Source: a phage
Length of the DNA stretch: 64,000 nt
Direction: 5' to 3' (one strand)
Sequence record: OZ317122.1
Positions 10,382 through 21,761 of the stretch are shown one piece after another. A program made the position numbers and the translations under genes. Positions within the stretch are counted from its first letter, which is position 1, and every line of letters starts with the position of its first letter. The notes beneath the pieces were generated by a model that saw only the letters and a list, made by a program, of their open reading frames with translations, was not told where the DNA came from and did not search any database.

Positions 10382-10689
10382 CGGAAAGTCCCTGCAATTG
10401 GAATACTAACAATACGCCCAGTATCTAGAATTCGTTGATATAATCTTTGTGTATCTACATCAGGCTTAACATGTTTAACTTCTATTTTATTAAACCAAAA
10501 CTTGCGTGGAGTCTCAACTAGTCTTGGAATTCCCATACCTAAAGCTAGTTTATATTGGTCTTTGAGAGTAGTAAAAACTCTATCAGCAATCTCTCTTTCA
10601 AAAAACACAGCAGGACGATGTTCATCAAGTGGAACTGGCGCCGTAAATCCGTCTTTGTCTCGGTAAACTATCGCATATACATAAACCAT
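10378..10689 (-). CDS. hypothetical protein (dda.1 position)
   Basis: 103 aa ORF. Confidence 0.55.
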   Translation of the reverse strand: MVYVYAIVYRDKDGFTAPVPLDEHRPAVFFEREIADRVFTTLKDQYKLALGMGIPRLVETPRKFWFNKIEVKHVKPDVDTQRLYQRILDTGRIVSIPIAGTFR

Positions 10690-10690
10690 A

Positions 10691-11437
10691 TTATCCTCGG
10701 ATAAGTTTAAAAATTGAACAATTTAGCGGGTATCCTCTTTTCAGTTTAAGTTTATCAATAAAAGACAAATTTTGATACCGCTCTACACCTTGAATAATTT
10801 TATCACACATATCATATTGCATTTCTGCTTCTGACAGCTTTTTCACAATTTTCCAATCCGAGCCTTTAAGAAGAACGTTCAATTTAACAACTTCAGCGCC
10901 TTCTGCTATGCGAGAACCATCAATACGTGCTTTAAGTGCTATAATCCTTAGCTTAATGTCAGAGGTCTGTTTTGATTTAGAAAGCTGAGAAATGTGTTCA
11001 ATTCGGTTTTCACGTTTTTTCTGTATAGCTTTAATTTGATTATAAGTCTTTTTGATTTTAGCCCATTTCTTTTCATCTAAATTTAGTTTATGAACTTTTT
11101 TCGCAGATGAACGACCAATTCGCAAAGCAAATAAATCACGCTTTTCAATCAACTCTTCTAAAGTATAATCAGAACGAAATGTATTATACTTTTTCTTTAC
11201 TGCAATAACATTCCCTTTAATGTATCCAACGTTATTATCAAAACGTTCTAATGATAATTTCTCTCCTTCAATACGATTATCAAAAGGTTCTCCCGAGTAA
11301 GCACAAACTTTTTGATCTAAAATGTTCTTAATGTAATTGAAGTCTAAGTTAAAATCTTTAGAACGTCTTTTTGCAGATGCCTGAGTATGCTCTAGACGAC
11401 GTTTAATTTTACGAATTTGGTTATTAGACAGCTTCAT
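10691..11437 (-). CDS. Srd-like protein (position of T4 srd)
   Basis: 248 aa basic protein between dda.1 and modA. Confidence 0.5.
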   Translation of the reverse strand: MKLSNNQIRKIKRRLEHTQASAKRRSKDFNLDFNYIKNILDQKVCAYSGEPFDNRIEGEKLSLERFDNNVGYIKGNVIAVKKKYNTFRSDYTLEELIEKRDLFALRIGRSSAKKVHKLNLDEKKWAKIKKTYNQIKAIQKKRENRIEHISQLSKSKQTSDIKLRIIALKARIDGSRIAEGAEVVKLNVLLKGSDWKIVKKLSEAEMQYDMCDKIIQGVERYQNLSFIDKLKLKRGYPLNCSIFKLIRG

Positions 11438-11559
11438 ATTTTTCTCACATCTTACGGACGGTTAACTACTTATACTATAACATTTTTACTTTAACTTGTA
11501 AACAACTTTATGAAAAATGCTTTAAAACTTTCATGGTATAATGAATCTAAGTCCTTCCA

Positions 11560-12162
11560 TTATAGATTAAATCCTTCAAAATCAAGAGTATAGATAGTAT
11601 ATGTTGAATACTTTTTGTACTCATATCTATCTGCAATTCTAAATACACTTCCAGCTGGTATCATTACTTCTTGTTCATCTGAAACTAATTCCATATTACG
11701 ATAACGATGACTATCCGGAAACTTAAAGTTTGGATTGTATTCTTTACAGCGTAGAGCTTTTATAGCATACTCCTGGAAATTGAATACCATAGGAGCTTTG
11801 AATTCAAAAATAACTTGTGTGTTATACTCTAAACCGGAAGCAAAATGTAGAGCTATATTTTTATCATATGAAGCTGATACGACTTTATCAAATGTAATAA
11901 TATCAATTCCTTGATTTAACACCTGCTTAGTCTCAGCTGGAACACCTCTCCAAAGAGGTTTATCGTTTGGAACCAAACGAGATTTGATTATTTCATTTAA
12001 CCAAGAATGATCGTCTGGTTTATTAGTAATACAATGAATTAAAAGTTCAATTTCAGATAAATTAAACCCTTCAGAAAGTAATTCTTCACGAATAGAAGCA
12101 CGCACCGATGCATCCATTGATTTTATTTTAAAATCTTTTAGTTGCATTACTGAGTATTTCAT
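11560..12162 (-). CDS. modA: ADP-ribosyltransferase ModA
   Basis: 200 aa; R-S-ExE motif (LWRG, SAS, EQE). Confidence 0.75.
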   Translation of the reverse strand: MKYSVMQLKDFKIKSMDASVRASIREELLSEGFNLSEIELLIHCITNKPDDHSWLNEIIKSRLVPNDKPLWRGVPAETKQVLNQGIDIITFDKVVSASYDKNIALHFASGLEYNTQVIFEFKAPMVFNFQEYAIKALRCKEYNPNFKFPDSHRYRNMELVSDEQEVMIPAGSVFRIADRYEYKKYSTYTIYTLDFEGFNL

Positions 12163-12782
12163 TCAACTACCTCAATATCATAAACTTTAAATGTTCCAAA
12201 TGAATCGTGTAATTTTTCTTTTGAAATAGAAGTTATTCTATACTTTCCAATTGGAATCATCCATTCTTGTTCACGCACAATCATCATTAAGTTATCAGTA
12301 CGCTCTGAATCTAGCCCATCAGTATCTTCATACGTGTACTTAAACTCAGTATTAGGAGAAGAAAGTATAATATCGCTGATATGGTCAGAATAATTAAAAG
12401 CTTTATCAGTTTTTAAGCGAAATATTATTTCAGTGAAATACTCAACATAAGAAAAACCACATGCTGTGTGCAAACTAGTAGTAAATGAATCTACCCTATT
12501 CGTTGAAAACACTTCTCCAACTTGTAAATCTTTAATGAGTTCTTTTGTCGATTTTGATATACCACGATATAACTGATAAGGTGATTTAGTTAAATGCTTT
12601 TTAACGATTTTATTCAACTGCCGATGAAGAGCTTCATTCTTTTTAGCTTCCATACATTGCCAAAGAATTGACTGCTCAAAGTCAGTAAATTTTTCACAGA
12701 CTTTTTTATACATATCATATTGAAAATCAACGCTTTCAGCTTTTATAGATAACTGTTCAACATCTGCAAGATTAATAATCAT
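12159..12782 (-). CDS. modB: ADP-ribosyltransferase ModB
   Basis: 207 aa; R-S-ExE motif (LYRG, STN, EQE); tandem paralog of modA. Confidence 0.75.
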   Translation of the reverse strand: MIINLADVEQLSIKAESVDFQYDMYKKVCEKFTDFEQSILWQCMEAKKNEALHRQLNKIVKKHLTKSPYQLYRGISKSTKELIKDLQVGEVFSTNRVDSFTTSLHTACGFSYVEYFTEIIFRLKTDKAFNYSDHISDIILSSPNTEFKYTYEDTDGLDSERTDNLMMIVREQEWMIPIGKYRITSISKEKLHDSFGTFKVYDIEVVE

Positions 12783-12849
12783 GATAGCCTCCGTATACTT
12801 CAGAAGCTATCATATCATCGTTAGAAAGGAAAGTAAACAACTTTTTGAA

Positions 12850-13032
12850 TTATTTTGCCCAGGGAGCCCAAGGCGGAGGGTCAAGATGGTATGAAGCTAG
12901 TTCTTCTAGAAGAGCATCTGGGGCTTCAATTCCATAATTCTGTAATACTATACGGTACTCTTTCTTATAATCACTAGAATCATTCTGGTTATTCGTAGAA
13001 TGATTATCTTCTAACATCTCAAATAAATCCAT
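12850..13032 (-). CDS. small hypothetical protein (srh position)
   Basis: 60 aa ORF. Confidence 0.45.
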   Translation of the reverse strand: MDLFEMLEDNHSTNNQNDSSDYKKEYRIVLQNYGIEAPDALLEELASYHLDPPPWAPWAK

Positions 13033-13040
13033 ATTAATTC

Positions 13041-13523
13041 CTAGCGATAAAAACCAAATTGACGATTAGCTTCAATAATCTTTCTTTCTTCTTCGGACAT
13101 TCTCCAGCGTAGTCCAACATCAAAATGGGCCCAGACCATCTTAACAAATGCATTTATGTCTTTAATATCTTCAATGATGAATGTTTTACTTTTAGAAGGT
13201 TGACCTGCTAAATTAAGTGCTAATTTAACTTTATCATCTTCAAACAGGTTAAAAAGACCATATTCATGAGCTCTTTTATAGCCTTTAATAGTTAAAGCTT
13301 CAGAAGAAGAAAACGGTGAATCAGTATTCTGCAAAATATCTTCAGTATGCTTTATAATTAGAATAATATTTTCTGGATATTTTCTTTCTTTTATATCTTT
13401 AATTAAAAAATCCGGATTTTCTGCTAAAGGAATAATTAATGAGCATTTTTTATCAAGTGTATTTACTGATTTACCTTCTTTAGACATAAATTCTATTGAA
13501 TAATGTTTTGCTACTTCAATCAT
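13041..13523 (-). CDS. hypothetical protein (mrh position)
   Basis: 160 aa ORF. Confidence 0.5.
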   Translation of the reverse strand: MIEVAKHYSIEFMSKEGKSVNTLDKKCSLIIPLAENPDFLIKDIKERKYPENIILIIKHTEDILQNTDSPFSSSEALTIKGYKRAHEYGLFNLFEDDKVKLALNLAGQPSKSKTFIIEDIKDINAFVKMVWAHFDVGLRWRMSEEERKIIEANRQFGFYR

Positions 13524-13676
13524 GTGATTTCCTTTTGCCTACTAATGGACCATCGGGAATTTTGTTTTCCTGGATATATTTCTCATTTTCTTCCATCATT
13601 TTACTGCCAATTTTAAGAAGCAAATCCAGTGCTTCATTTGCTTTTGCTTTAGCCTCTTCCAATGTCATATCTTTGT

Positions 13677-13880
13677 TCATGATTTATCACCATAGATGTC
13701 TCTCATCAATTTAAGCGCTGAGCGTTCTAATTTCTTTTCTTTCTCAGCACTAATCATTGATTTCATCCATTCTTCCGATTCGTTCTGCATTTCTTTATTT
13801 GCTTGTTCAACCCAACCATCGTCAATATACATCGAGTTTGGTCTATTGAACCATTCAAGAATCTTCTTGAGAGCTTTCAT
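13677..13880 (-). CDS. hypothetical protein
   Basis: 67 aa ORF. Confidence 0.45.
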   Translation of the reverse strand: MKALKKILEWFNRPNSMYIDDGWVEQANKEMQNESEEWMKSMISAEKEKKLERSALKLMRDIYGDKS

Positions 13881-14352
13881 TTATTTTACCTAAAACAATA
13901 GTAGGAGCATCGTCAAATTTATGAATTTTTAGTAAATTTGGATTTAACTTATTCCATAAAGAGGTAATAAAATATGATAGCGCACTTTCGTCCGTAATTA
14001 TAAATTTATTTCCTTTATCTATTTTCCAATCATATATTGAATCATATGAATAGAAGGATAACGGTTTATTATTATAATATGCTTCACTAACATCAATATA
14101 GTTAGATTTAGTAAATGCTTGAATTGCCATAAATGGAGAATTTTGTACAGTTTCAATAATTCCGATCTTTTTAAGTTTTATTTCAACATCTTCTGGAATT
14201 TGCATTGAAATAAAATCTTCTACTAGATACATGTTATTGTCATATCTTTTATCAATCATTACTGCTACGGTAATTGGAACATCCTTGACAAACGCCATAC
14301 TAATACTATTGATAGACATTTCAAACAAAATTGCTTCCATAATTTTCCTCAA
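13855..14352 (-). CDS. hypothetical protein
   Basis: 165 aa ORF. Confidence 0.5.
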   Translation of the reverse strand: MRKIMEAILFEMSINSISMAFVKDVPITVAVMIDKRYDNNMYLVEDFISMQIPEDVEIKLKKIGIIETVQNSPFMAIQAFTKSNYIDVSEAYYNNKPLSFYSYDSIYDWKIDKGNKFIITDESALSYFITSLWNKLNPNLLKIHKFDDAPTIVLGKINESSQEDS

Positions 14353-14690
14353 TCACAAGATGTAGATGAACAACTAGAATCACAAGAACTTCCACATGAA
14401 TCGCCCGTCCATACATGAACAGGAACATTTGTATCATATGAATCAGAACTAGACTGTGTTTTCTGTGCATTAGATGATGTAGTAGGTGTTGACCAGCGCC
14501 AAGGATTTTTATAATATTCTTGGGCTTCTTCATAAGTCATAGTAACTGCTTCTACTGTTCCATCTCCCATATAAACATACTCAACTACAGTTAAAGGAAG
14601 GTAGTCATTTGAAATAGGAACTACACCTTCTCCAGGAGTCGTAGAGAAAAAATCTGTAAAGAAATTTTTAAACCAATTAAAGATAAACAT
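14349..14690 (-). CDS. hypothetical protein with Cys/Ser-rich C-terminal tail
   Basis: 113 aa; C-terminus [20 protein letters not shown]. Confidence 0.5.
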   Translation of the reverse strand: MFIFNWFKNFFTDFFSTTPGEGVVPISNDYLPLTVVEYVYMGDGTVEAVTMTYEEAQEYYKNPWRWSTPTTSSNAQKTQSSSDSYDTNVPVHVWTGDSCGSSCDSSCSSTSCD

Positions 14691-14902
14691 TACAAAAAGC
14701 CTCTTTGAAATTCGACTCTTTGAAATCCACCCCAGTCAGTGTATCGCATTTCAGCATTGAACTCGACTGAACCATCTGCATACATCATGAATGAATGCGT
14801 GACGATATCACAATCCCAGCTTTTCATACCCCATTTATCAGAGATAGCTTTATCAAGAACCTTCTGGAGGTCTTCATTTGGTTTAATCCAACGATTTAAC
14901 AT
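14690..14902 (-). CDS. hypothetical protein
   Basis: 70 aa ORF. Confidence 0.45.
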   Translation of the reverse strand: MLNRWIKPNEDLQKVLDKAISDKWGMKSWDCDIVTHSFMMYADGSVEFNAEMRYTDWGGFQRVEFQRGFL

Positions 14903-14924
14903 GGTGTTCTCCTCTATAAGATAT

Positions 14925-14962
14925 TTTTATTATACCATACTCATTTTGGAAAGTAAACCGTT
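14925..14962 (-). promoter_or_regulatory. T4-type early promoter
   Basis: plus-strand ttataccat...gtaaac = reverse complement of GTTTAC / TATAAT. Confidence 0.45.
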
Positions 14963-14973
14963 TAAATGAAAAA

Positions 14974-14993
14974 AGGACTCCCGAAGGAGTCCT
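14974..14993 (-). terminator. rho-independent terminator after soc (UUCG tetraloop hairpin plus U run)
   Basis: ggactcc-cgaa-ggagtcc preceded by A6 on plus strand, i.e. hairpin then U-run on the minus transcript. Confidence 0.7.
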
Positions 14994-14998
14994 TAAAT

Positions 14999-15244
14999 TT
15001 ATTCACCAGTTACTTTCCACAAATCTTCATTTGCAGCAATCCATGCAGCACGTTGATTTTCTTCATATACTGTAGAATATGCTGCTTTTTCTGAAGGGAA
15101 TATCTGGTAATGAGCACCAGAAATTTTGTGAACGTCAGAATAAAGAGGGAAAGCTACAGAAATTTCCTTTCCTTCAATTTTCTTATTTCCATCTAATTTC
15201 TGCTCAAATGTTTTGATATTAACATAACCGCGAGTACTAGCCAT
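14999..15244 (-). CDS. soc: small outer capsid protein Soc
   Basis: 81 aa; N-terminus MASTRGYVNIKTFEQ. Confidence 0.9.
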   Translation of the reverse strand: MASTRGYVNIKTFEQKLDGNKKIEGKEISVAFPLYSDVHKISGAHYQIFPSEKAAYSTVYEENQRAAWIAANEDLWKVTGE

Positions 15245-15274
15245 GTAATTCTCCTTTTATTTAAATTACATGAT

Positions 15275-15282
15275 TATTTATA
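15275..15282 (-). promoter_or_regulatory. late promoter TATAAATA for soc
   Basis: plus-strand tatttata about 30 nt upstream of the soc ATG, followed by AGGAG SD. Confidence 0.55.
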
Positions 15283-15326
15283 ATAATTCTCACGGCTTTT
15301 AAGTCGTCGTTTAAATAAACGAGCTA

Positions 15327-15860
15327 TTAATAACCTCGGTCTTGACGTGCGAAATTTTCAGCATTTTTCAGGTAATAAAGTTTAAAGATTTCTTCAGCCG
15401 TAAGACCAAGACCTTGGAACATGTTCAGAACAAAATGGAGAATATCAATCATTTCAAATTTAATTTCCAACTGGTCTTGTGGAGACAAATCAGTAATCAA
15501 AGTTTCACGGCGTTCACCATGCTGCGACTTCCAAGGTTTCCATACAGCAGATGCATCTTTTTCGCCGTTGCTCATACCACCAAGAGAAGTCAAAAGTTCG
15601 CGAAATTCATCATCAATATAATCTTTCTGATTGCGCAGCCAATCAACAACTTCACCTGCAGTAGCCAAATCATCAGGATGACGGTTATATTCAGGTTTAT
15701 CTTTAGCTAAACGAACCTGCAAAGATTTCTGCATATCAAGCATAACCTGCAGCGGGTCTTTTTCATCACCAAGAATATCCCAGTATTCATTTTGAGCTTT
15801 ATCAGCGCCTTCGATCAGTTGACTACATTCGTTAAAGTAAGCCATTATTTTTCCTTTCAA
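15327..15860 (-). CDS. 56: dCTP pyrophosphatase (dCTPase, MazG-like)
   Basis: about 172 aa from MAYFNECSQLIEG; 82 bp from soc. Confidence 0.8.
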   Translation of the reverse strand: MKGKIMAYFNECSQLIEGADKAQNEYWDILGDEKDPLQVMLDMQKSLQVRLAKDKPEYNRHPDDLATAGEVVDWLRNQKDYIDDEFRELLTSLGGMSNGEKDASAVWKPWKSQHGERRETLITDLSPQDQLEIKFEMIDILHFVLNMFQGLGLTAEEIFKLYYLKNAENFARQDRGY

Positions 15861-15905
15861 TTCATTAATAAGTTAAATAATTATATCATTTGATTATGTA
15901 AGCAA

Positions 15906-17245
<1,340 letters not shown>

Positions 17246-17261
17246 TATATCATCCTCAGCA

Positions 17262-17300
17262 ATTTATTTTATAATACCATAACAAGCTGAGAAAGTAAAC
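17262..17300 (-). promoter_or_regulatory. T4-type early promoter
   Basis: plus-strand ttataataccat...gtaaac. Confidence 0.45.
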
Positions 17301-17344
17301 AAATTTATGAAATTTGTGATAAATATTAATTTAAAGGAGGACAC

Positions 17345-17545
17345 ATGGCACAAAAATTAATGGCACTTGTTGATGCCATAAAAGGTAATAAAAAACGTAT
17401 AGCTTTTACTATTTCTGCTATGGTAGGAATTTTACTCTGGAACTTTATTTTATCACCCATTGCAATTGCACATGGTATTAATATTCCAGTAGTTACTCTT
17501 GATACATTCGTAGATTTAGCATTTGCTTTAGTTGGGTTAATTTAA
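17345..17545 (+). CDS. small hydrophobic membrane peptide on the plus strand
   Basis: 66 aa; strong SD AAAGGAGG 6 nt before ATG; gATAAATA late-promoter-like element at 17318-17325. Confidence 0.45.
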   Translation: MAQKLMALVDAIKGNKKRIAFTISAMVGILLWNFILSPIAIAHGINIPVVTLDTFVDLAFALVGLI

Positions 17546-18570
17546 ATCTTAGCATATTTAGATAACCGCATTTTAGCCATTAACCCCTGGGCAATATTAT
17601 TTTTCATATATTCCATAATTTGTTCAGGGGTTGCACCTTCCTTTCTAATCATATCATTAACATCTTTTGATTTCCAGGGAGATTTATCCCAAAACATAAC
17701 CCTTTCTCCTGCATCAACTAATTTAGTCATTCGCTTAATAGTGTCAGGATGACGAGGTTCATTATCTAAAACCCACACGCGTCTATCTTTAAATGGAACA
17801 ACTTCTAGGTCTAATTGACCACCCGTAATAGCTATACCATTTTCAATAAAAAGCGAATCTATAGGTCCTTCTAGAACATATACATCACCATCTTTAACTC
17901 GTTCGACTCCATAGATTTTTGTTGCCTCAGGATAAGCTTTAATGGTGATATATTTTTGAGGAGCATCTTTCTTTAATGCACGTCCTTGAAAAGACTCAGC
18001 TTTTCCATTAGCATTATAAATTGGAATAACAAGACGAGGCTCAGAAATTTCCTTTTTGTATGTTCCCGGTGCTATGCTATTAACTAATTTAGGCCATTCA
18101 GTTGTAAACCAAAGATATTTCCATTTATCCTTTGGAATACAACGAGCTTTTACGTATTTTATAATTGGATGGTCTTCCGCCAGTTTATCTAATCTAACGC
18201 ATGACGGAAGAGATTTAATTATTTTCTTCTCAGGTTGTTTAGGAAGTTCTTTAGGTTTTTCTACTGGACGACTTTTACCTTTTTCTTTTCTTATTTCAAA
18301 GATATACTCACGATATAAATCAGGTTCAAACTCCTTTAGATATATTCCGATTGGTGCATGATAGTTACAGTTATAACAATGAATATTTCCTTCATTATTA
18401 TCACCATAATACCATCCACGAGCTTTATTCTGGTCGGTTTTTGAATCTCCACAAACAGGGCATCTAAACCGCAATTTAAAAGTTGAACTATTATTTACTT
18501 GTGTGAATTTAGGTAAATGAGCTAATGCACGATACGCAAACTCATTATCAATCCAAGGTATTGATGACAT
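17542..18570 (-). CDS. 61: DNA primase
   Basis: 342 aa; zinc-finger CPVCGDSK...CYNC; size equals T4 gp61. Confidence 0.9.
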   Translation of the reverse strand: MSSIPWIDNEFAYRALAHLPKFTQVNNSSTFKLRFRCPVCGDSKTDQNKARGWYYGDNNEGNIHCYNCNYHAPIGIYLKEFEPDLYREYIFEIRKEKGKSRPVEKPKELPKQPEKKIIKSLPSCVRLDKLAEDHPIIKYVKARCIPKDKWKYLWFTTEWPKLVNSIAPGTYKKEISEPRLVIPIYNANGKAESFQGRALKKDAPQKYITIKAYPEATKIYGVERVKDGDVYVLEGPIDSLFIENGIAITGGQLDLEVVPFKDRRVWVLDNEPRHPDTIKRMTKLVDAGERVMFWDKSPWKSKDVNDMIRKEGATPEQIMEYMKNNIAQGLMAKMRLSKYAKI

Positions 18571-18572
18571 TT

Positions 18573-18737
18573 TTACTCTTCTTTTTCTTTAGATTCCTCT
18601 TTTTTCTTTTTAGGAATCTGTTCAGGACCTTTATTTACTACAGCACCTGACGTTGTTCCAGTAGAGATATTTTCAGGATTACCACCTGAATCTCCAGCGA
18701 CCATATCTTCTTTAATAAATTCTTTATATGTTTTCAT
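18573..18737 (-). CDS. small acidic/lysine-rich protein (61.1 position)
   Basis: 54 aa ORF found by hand translation (MKTYKEFIKEDM...); below track cutoff. Confidence 0.45.
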   Translation of the reverse strand: MKTYKEFIKEDMVAGDSGGNPENISTGTTSGAVVNKGPEQIPKKKKEESKEKEE

Positions 18738-18738
18738 A

Positions 18739-19095
18739 TTAACCTCTATTCATAAAAGCATTAAAAATTTGGTCATCAATAGATGGCGCAGTAATATTTT
18801 CTGCATCATTTAGCAAATCATTAATTTCATCAGATAGCATAACACATGTACCTTTATTTCCTGTAATTGTTACTGCGCAATTACGAACGTTTTCTTTATT
18901 AAATTTTAGGTTAATATTTTCGTAATGAAAATCCTTTAATGCTGAATATATTTTTAAAATAAAATTGTCTTTTACTACAATAAACCCAACCTCACTATTA
19001 AAACGTGGTTCATGGAAACTGTAATAAACCTTTTCATCTATAAAATCGTATGAAATTTTTTCCATTTTTAAATATGAAAATTCAGAACTATACAT
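18739..19095 (-). CDS. hypothetical protein (61.2 position)
   Basis: 118 aa ORF. Confidence 0.55.
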   Translation of the reverse strand: MYSSEFSYLKMEKISYDFIDEKVYYSFHEPRFNSEVGFIVVKDNFILKIYSALKDFHYENINLKFNKENVRNCAVTITGNKGTCVMLSDEINDLLNDAENITAPSIDDQIFNAFMNRG

Positions 19096-19107
19096 ACTAA
19101 CCTCTAA

Positions 19108-19401
19108 TTACTCACCTACCACTTCAGCGATGATATTTTTGTTATTAAAGTTTTTATCGCAATACAGAACATAATTATACTGCATTACACCACCAGACTT
19201 AAGCTGTTTTTGCACTTCGGCTTTCATTTCAGGACGATCGCGCTCAACGATATTCATAATATCTGCTTCAATTTGAGTTTCAACCTCAGTCTGATCAGCA
19301 GTCATAGACCATTCGCACAAATCTTTATCATAACCTGCCATAGCAGGCTGAGCAGCACAAGAAGATAAAGCAAAAATTGTAGCAAAGATAAATTTTTTCA
19401 T
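19108..19401 (-). CDS. sp: periplasmic spackle-like protein
   Basis: 97 aa with cleavable signal peptide MKKFIFATIFALSSCAAQPAMA; size and position of T4 sp. Confidence 0.65.
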   Translation of the reverse strand: MKKFIFATIFALSSCAAQPAMAGYDKDLCEWSMTADQTEVETQIEADIMNIVERDRPEMKAEVQKQLKSGGVMQYNYVLYCDKNFNNKNIIAEVVGE

Positions 19402-19461
19402 GATAATCTCCTCAGTAGTTTATGTTTATATAGTATCTCAATTTCCAACAAAAGTAAACAG

Positions 19462-19719
19462 TTATTTTAAAACTTCTGCGTAATCACATGTTACAAACTG
19501 TTTCTCTAGCTTAACGATCTTACGAAAATACCTTTTACACTGACGAATCTGCCGCTTCGTAGGGCGAACAGCAAACTTAATAAATTCCACTCGACCAAAT
19601 GGAGGACTTTCTTCTGCTGGAATATCTAACACCAATTCCCACGTATCGGCAATAAGTGCTTTGAATTGCGTATTTTTCCTGACGTTATACGGAGTAGGTT
19701 TAAATAAAACAATATGCAT
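19462..19719 (-). CDS. hypothetical protein adjacent to dmd (61.4 position)
   Basis: 85 aa from MHIVLF; TAATATG junction with dmd stop; track ORF 19462..19761 over-extended. Confidence 0.5.
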   Translation of the reverse strand: MHIVLFKPTPYNVRKNTQFKALIADTWELVLDIPAEESPPFGRVEFIKFAVRPTKRQIRQCKRYFRKIVKLEKQFVTCDYAEVLK

Positions 19720-19720
19720 A

Positions 19721-19903
19721 TTATCCTCGGCAATCCACTTCACATACTTTCTTGTCATCAATGAAAGCTTTAACTAATGCTTTATTAACTTCAGCATATT
19801 GAGTAGTAGCCCATTGAACGTCATCTTTCATCATTGTGATTTCTTTAGTAAACATGCTTTCATTCTTAAACCACCCCATAAAAACTACCTTTACCAATTC
19901 CAT
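19721..19903 (-). CDS. dmd: Dmd, antitoxin against host RnlA/LsoA
   Basis: 60 aa; MELVKVVFMGWFKNESMFTKEI. Confidence 0.8.
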   Translation of the reverse strand: MELVKVVFMGWFKNESMFTKEITMMKDDVQWATTQYAEVNKALVKAFIDDKKVCEVDCRG

Positions 19904-19925
19904 AACAATCTCCTCATTTAACCAA

Positions 19926-19962
19926 CAAGACTACTATACCATAGTCTTGTCAGCTTGTAAAC
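19926..19962 (-). promoter_or_regulatory. early promoter for dmd with embedded 7-bp inverted repeat
   Basis: gtaaac at 19957-19962; caagact...agtcttg inverted repeat in the spacer. Confidence 0.4.
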
Positions 19963-21389
19963 TAAAATTTTAATTCATTTGCCAAAGCATCTAACTGTGC
20001 TCGAGTGGATTCATTTCTTTGATAGCGATTCTGCTCAGCCTGAATCTGTTGTGAACCTGCTACTTCACTCACTTCAGTTGGAGTAGAATCTTGTTCAATT
20101 TCTACCCATTTTTGGTTTCCTTTTTGAACACCCATCAAAAACTTATTCCATTTGTTCTTATCGCCATATCGTGATTTGATTTGCTTAATGAGTTGTTGTT
20201 CAGCAGCTGCTAGCTCCTCGGTTTCAATGACCGCAAGCATAAAATCAGCTGTTGCTGGAAGACCGGCAGATTCTGCGATATCACTCATGTTAACATCAGA
20301 AGAATCCCAAGCTTGTTTACCAACCTGTGCTGCAGTCCAAAGAACAGTTTCGGTTTCAACAGCAAGAGCACGCAATTCCTCTGCAATAGCTTTAACAGTT
20401 GTGTAACTATTTTCTGAATAAACTCTGATGCGACAAGATTTACAAATACCTAGATAGTCGACAATAATGATTGTTGGAACAAAATTCTTCTTGAGCTTTA
20501 ATTCATTTAAAAGTGATCGAAATGTATTAGCGTCTGCTCCACCAGTAGGATATTGCTTAACGATTAAACGACCAAGGGTAGATTTCTCACGCCATTTTTC
20601 CATTTTTCCTTTATACTCAGCGTAAGAAATATGTCCATCATCAATATCGTCAAGAGAAACATCGAGCATGTTAGCATCAATACGTTTAGCACAGACTTCT
20701 TCTGCCATTTCCATGGAGATATAAAGAACGTTATGACCAAGCTGCAAATAATCTGCTGCTAATGAACACAGACCTAATGACTTACCAACGTTAACGCCAG
20801 CCATTAAAACGTTCAGTGTTCCAGTCTCAGCTCCGCCTTTAGTAATTTTGTTTAGAATTCTGAGTTTAAATGGAACCTTACGAGCTTTATTCATATAAGA
20901 TAGCCAACGTGCTTCGTAGTCATCCATCCAATCATGACCAACGTAGCTATCAAATGAAATTGATAATGCTTGGCGCATGATGTCAGGAATAGCACCTACA
21001 TCTGGCATTTTCTTATTTCGTTTTTCCGGAGGAAGCTCAGCATTAGTTTGAATTTCGATTATTTTAGACGTAGCATTAAACATCGCCCTTTGCTGAACAT
21101 ATTTTTCTGTTTCTTTTATTAACCAACTGTGGTCTTCCGGAGAATCAGCCAGTTTTGAAATAAGTGTTTTTACACCAGAATATTCTGTTTCAGTAAATGA
21201 ACTATTTTCTAATGCAACATTTAACGCATTAATAGATGGAACGCTATGATACTCATTGACATGAGATTTAATTAATTTGAATGTATTTTTAGCTGGACCA
21301 CTTTCAAAATATTCTGAATCCATATATGGCCAAACTTTTGAAAAATAAGCTTGATCAAATATGAGATGAGAAAGAATAATTTCTACCAC
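19962..21389 (-). CDS. 41: replicative DNA helicase
   Basis: 475 aa; Walker A MAGVNVGKSLGL; size equals T4 gp41. Confidence 0.9.
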   Translation of the reverse strand: MVEIILSHLIFDQAYFSKVWPYMDSEYFESGPAKNTFKLIKSHVNEYHSVPSINALNVALENSSFTETEYSGVKTLISKLADSPEDHSWLIKETEKYVQQRAMFNATSKIIEIQTNAELPPEKRNKKMPDVGAIPDIMRQALSISFDSYVGHDWMDDYEARWLSYMNKARKVPFKLRILNKITKGGAETGTLNVLMAGVNVGKSLGLCSLAADYLQLGHNVLYISMEMAEEVCAKRIDANMLDVSLDDIDDGHISYAEYKGKMEKWREKSTLGRLIVKQYPTGGADANTFRSLLNELKLKKNFVPTIIIVDYLGICKSCRIRVYSENSYTTVKAIAEELRALAVETETVLWTAAQVGKQAWDSSDVNMSDIAESAGLPATADFMLAVIETEELAAAEQQLIKQIKSRYGDKNKWNKFLMGVQKGNQKWVEIEQDSTPTEVSEVAGSQQIQAEQNRYQRNESTRAQLDALANELKF

Positions 21390-21398
21390 ACTTACTCC

Positions 21399-21761
21399 TT
21401 AAAAGAATTTAAATTTTTTCTTTGACCTTTTATTAAATGCATCTTGTAGTTGCATTGTAATACATTTTTCTACATGAGGAGCTAACTCAGCTTTTCTTTC
21501 TTGGTCAAGAACAGCAAAGTCCATTACAACCTTTCCATCAACCCAATCCAGTTTAGTTACATACACTATATGTGTAGAACCATCTTCTAGTTTAATGACA
21601 ATCTCCTGGATAACATTTTCCATAGCAGATTTAATTATCTTAAGAGACTCATTAAAAAGACGTTCTTTTCTTTCTTCTTCCCCCTCCGAAGAGGGGGATT
21701 CATCGATAATTTCTAGATCTAAATCTAAATCATCTTTATTCATTAAATTCTTCCATATCAC
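21399..21761 (-). CDS. 40: gp40-like protein (head vertex assembly chaperone position)
   Basis: 120 aa ORF between 41 and uvsX. Confidence 0.55.
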   Translation of the reverse strand: MIWKNLMNKDDLDLDLEIIDESPSSEGEEERKERLFNESLKIIKSAMENVIQEIVIKLEDGSTHIVYVTKLDWVDGKVVMDFAVLDQERKAELAPHVEKCITMQLQDAFNKRSKKKFKFF

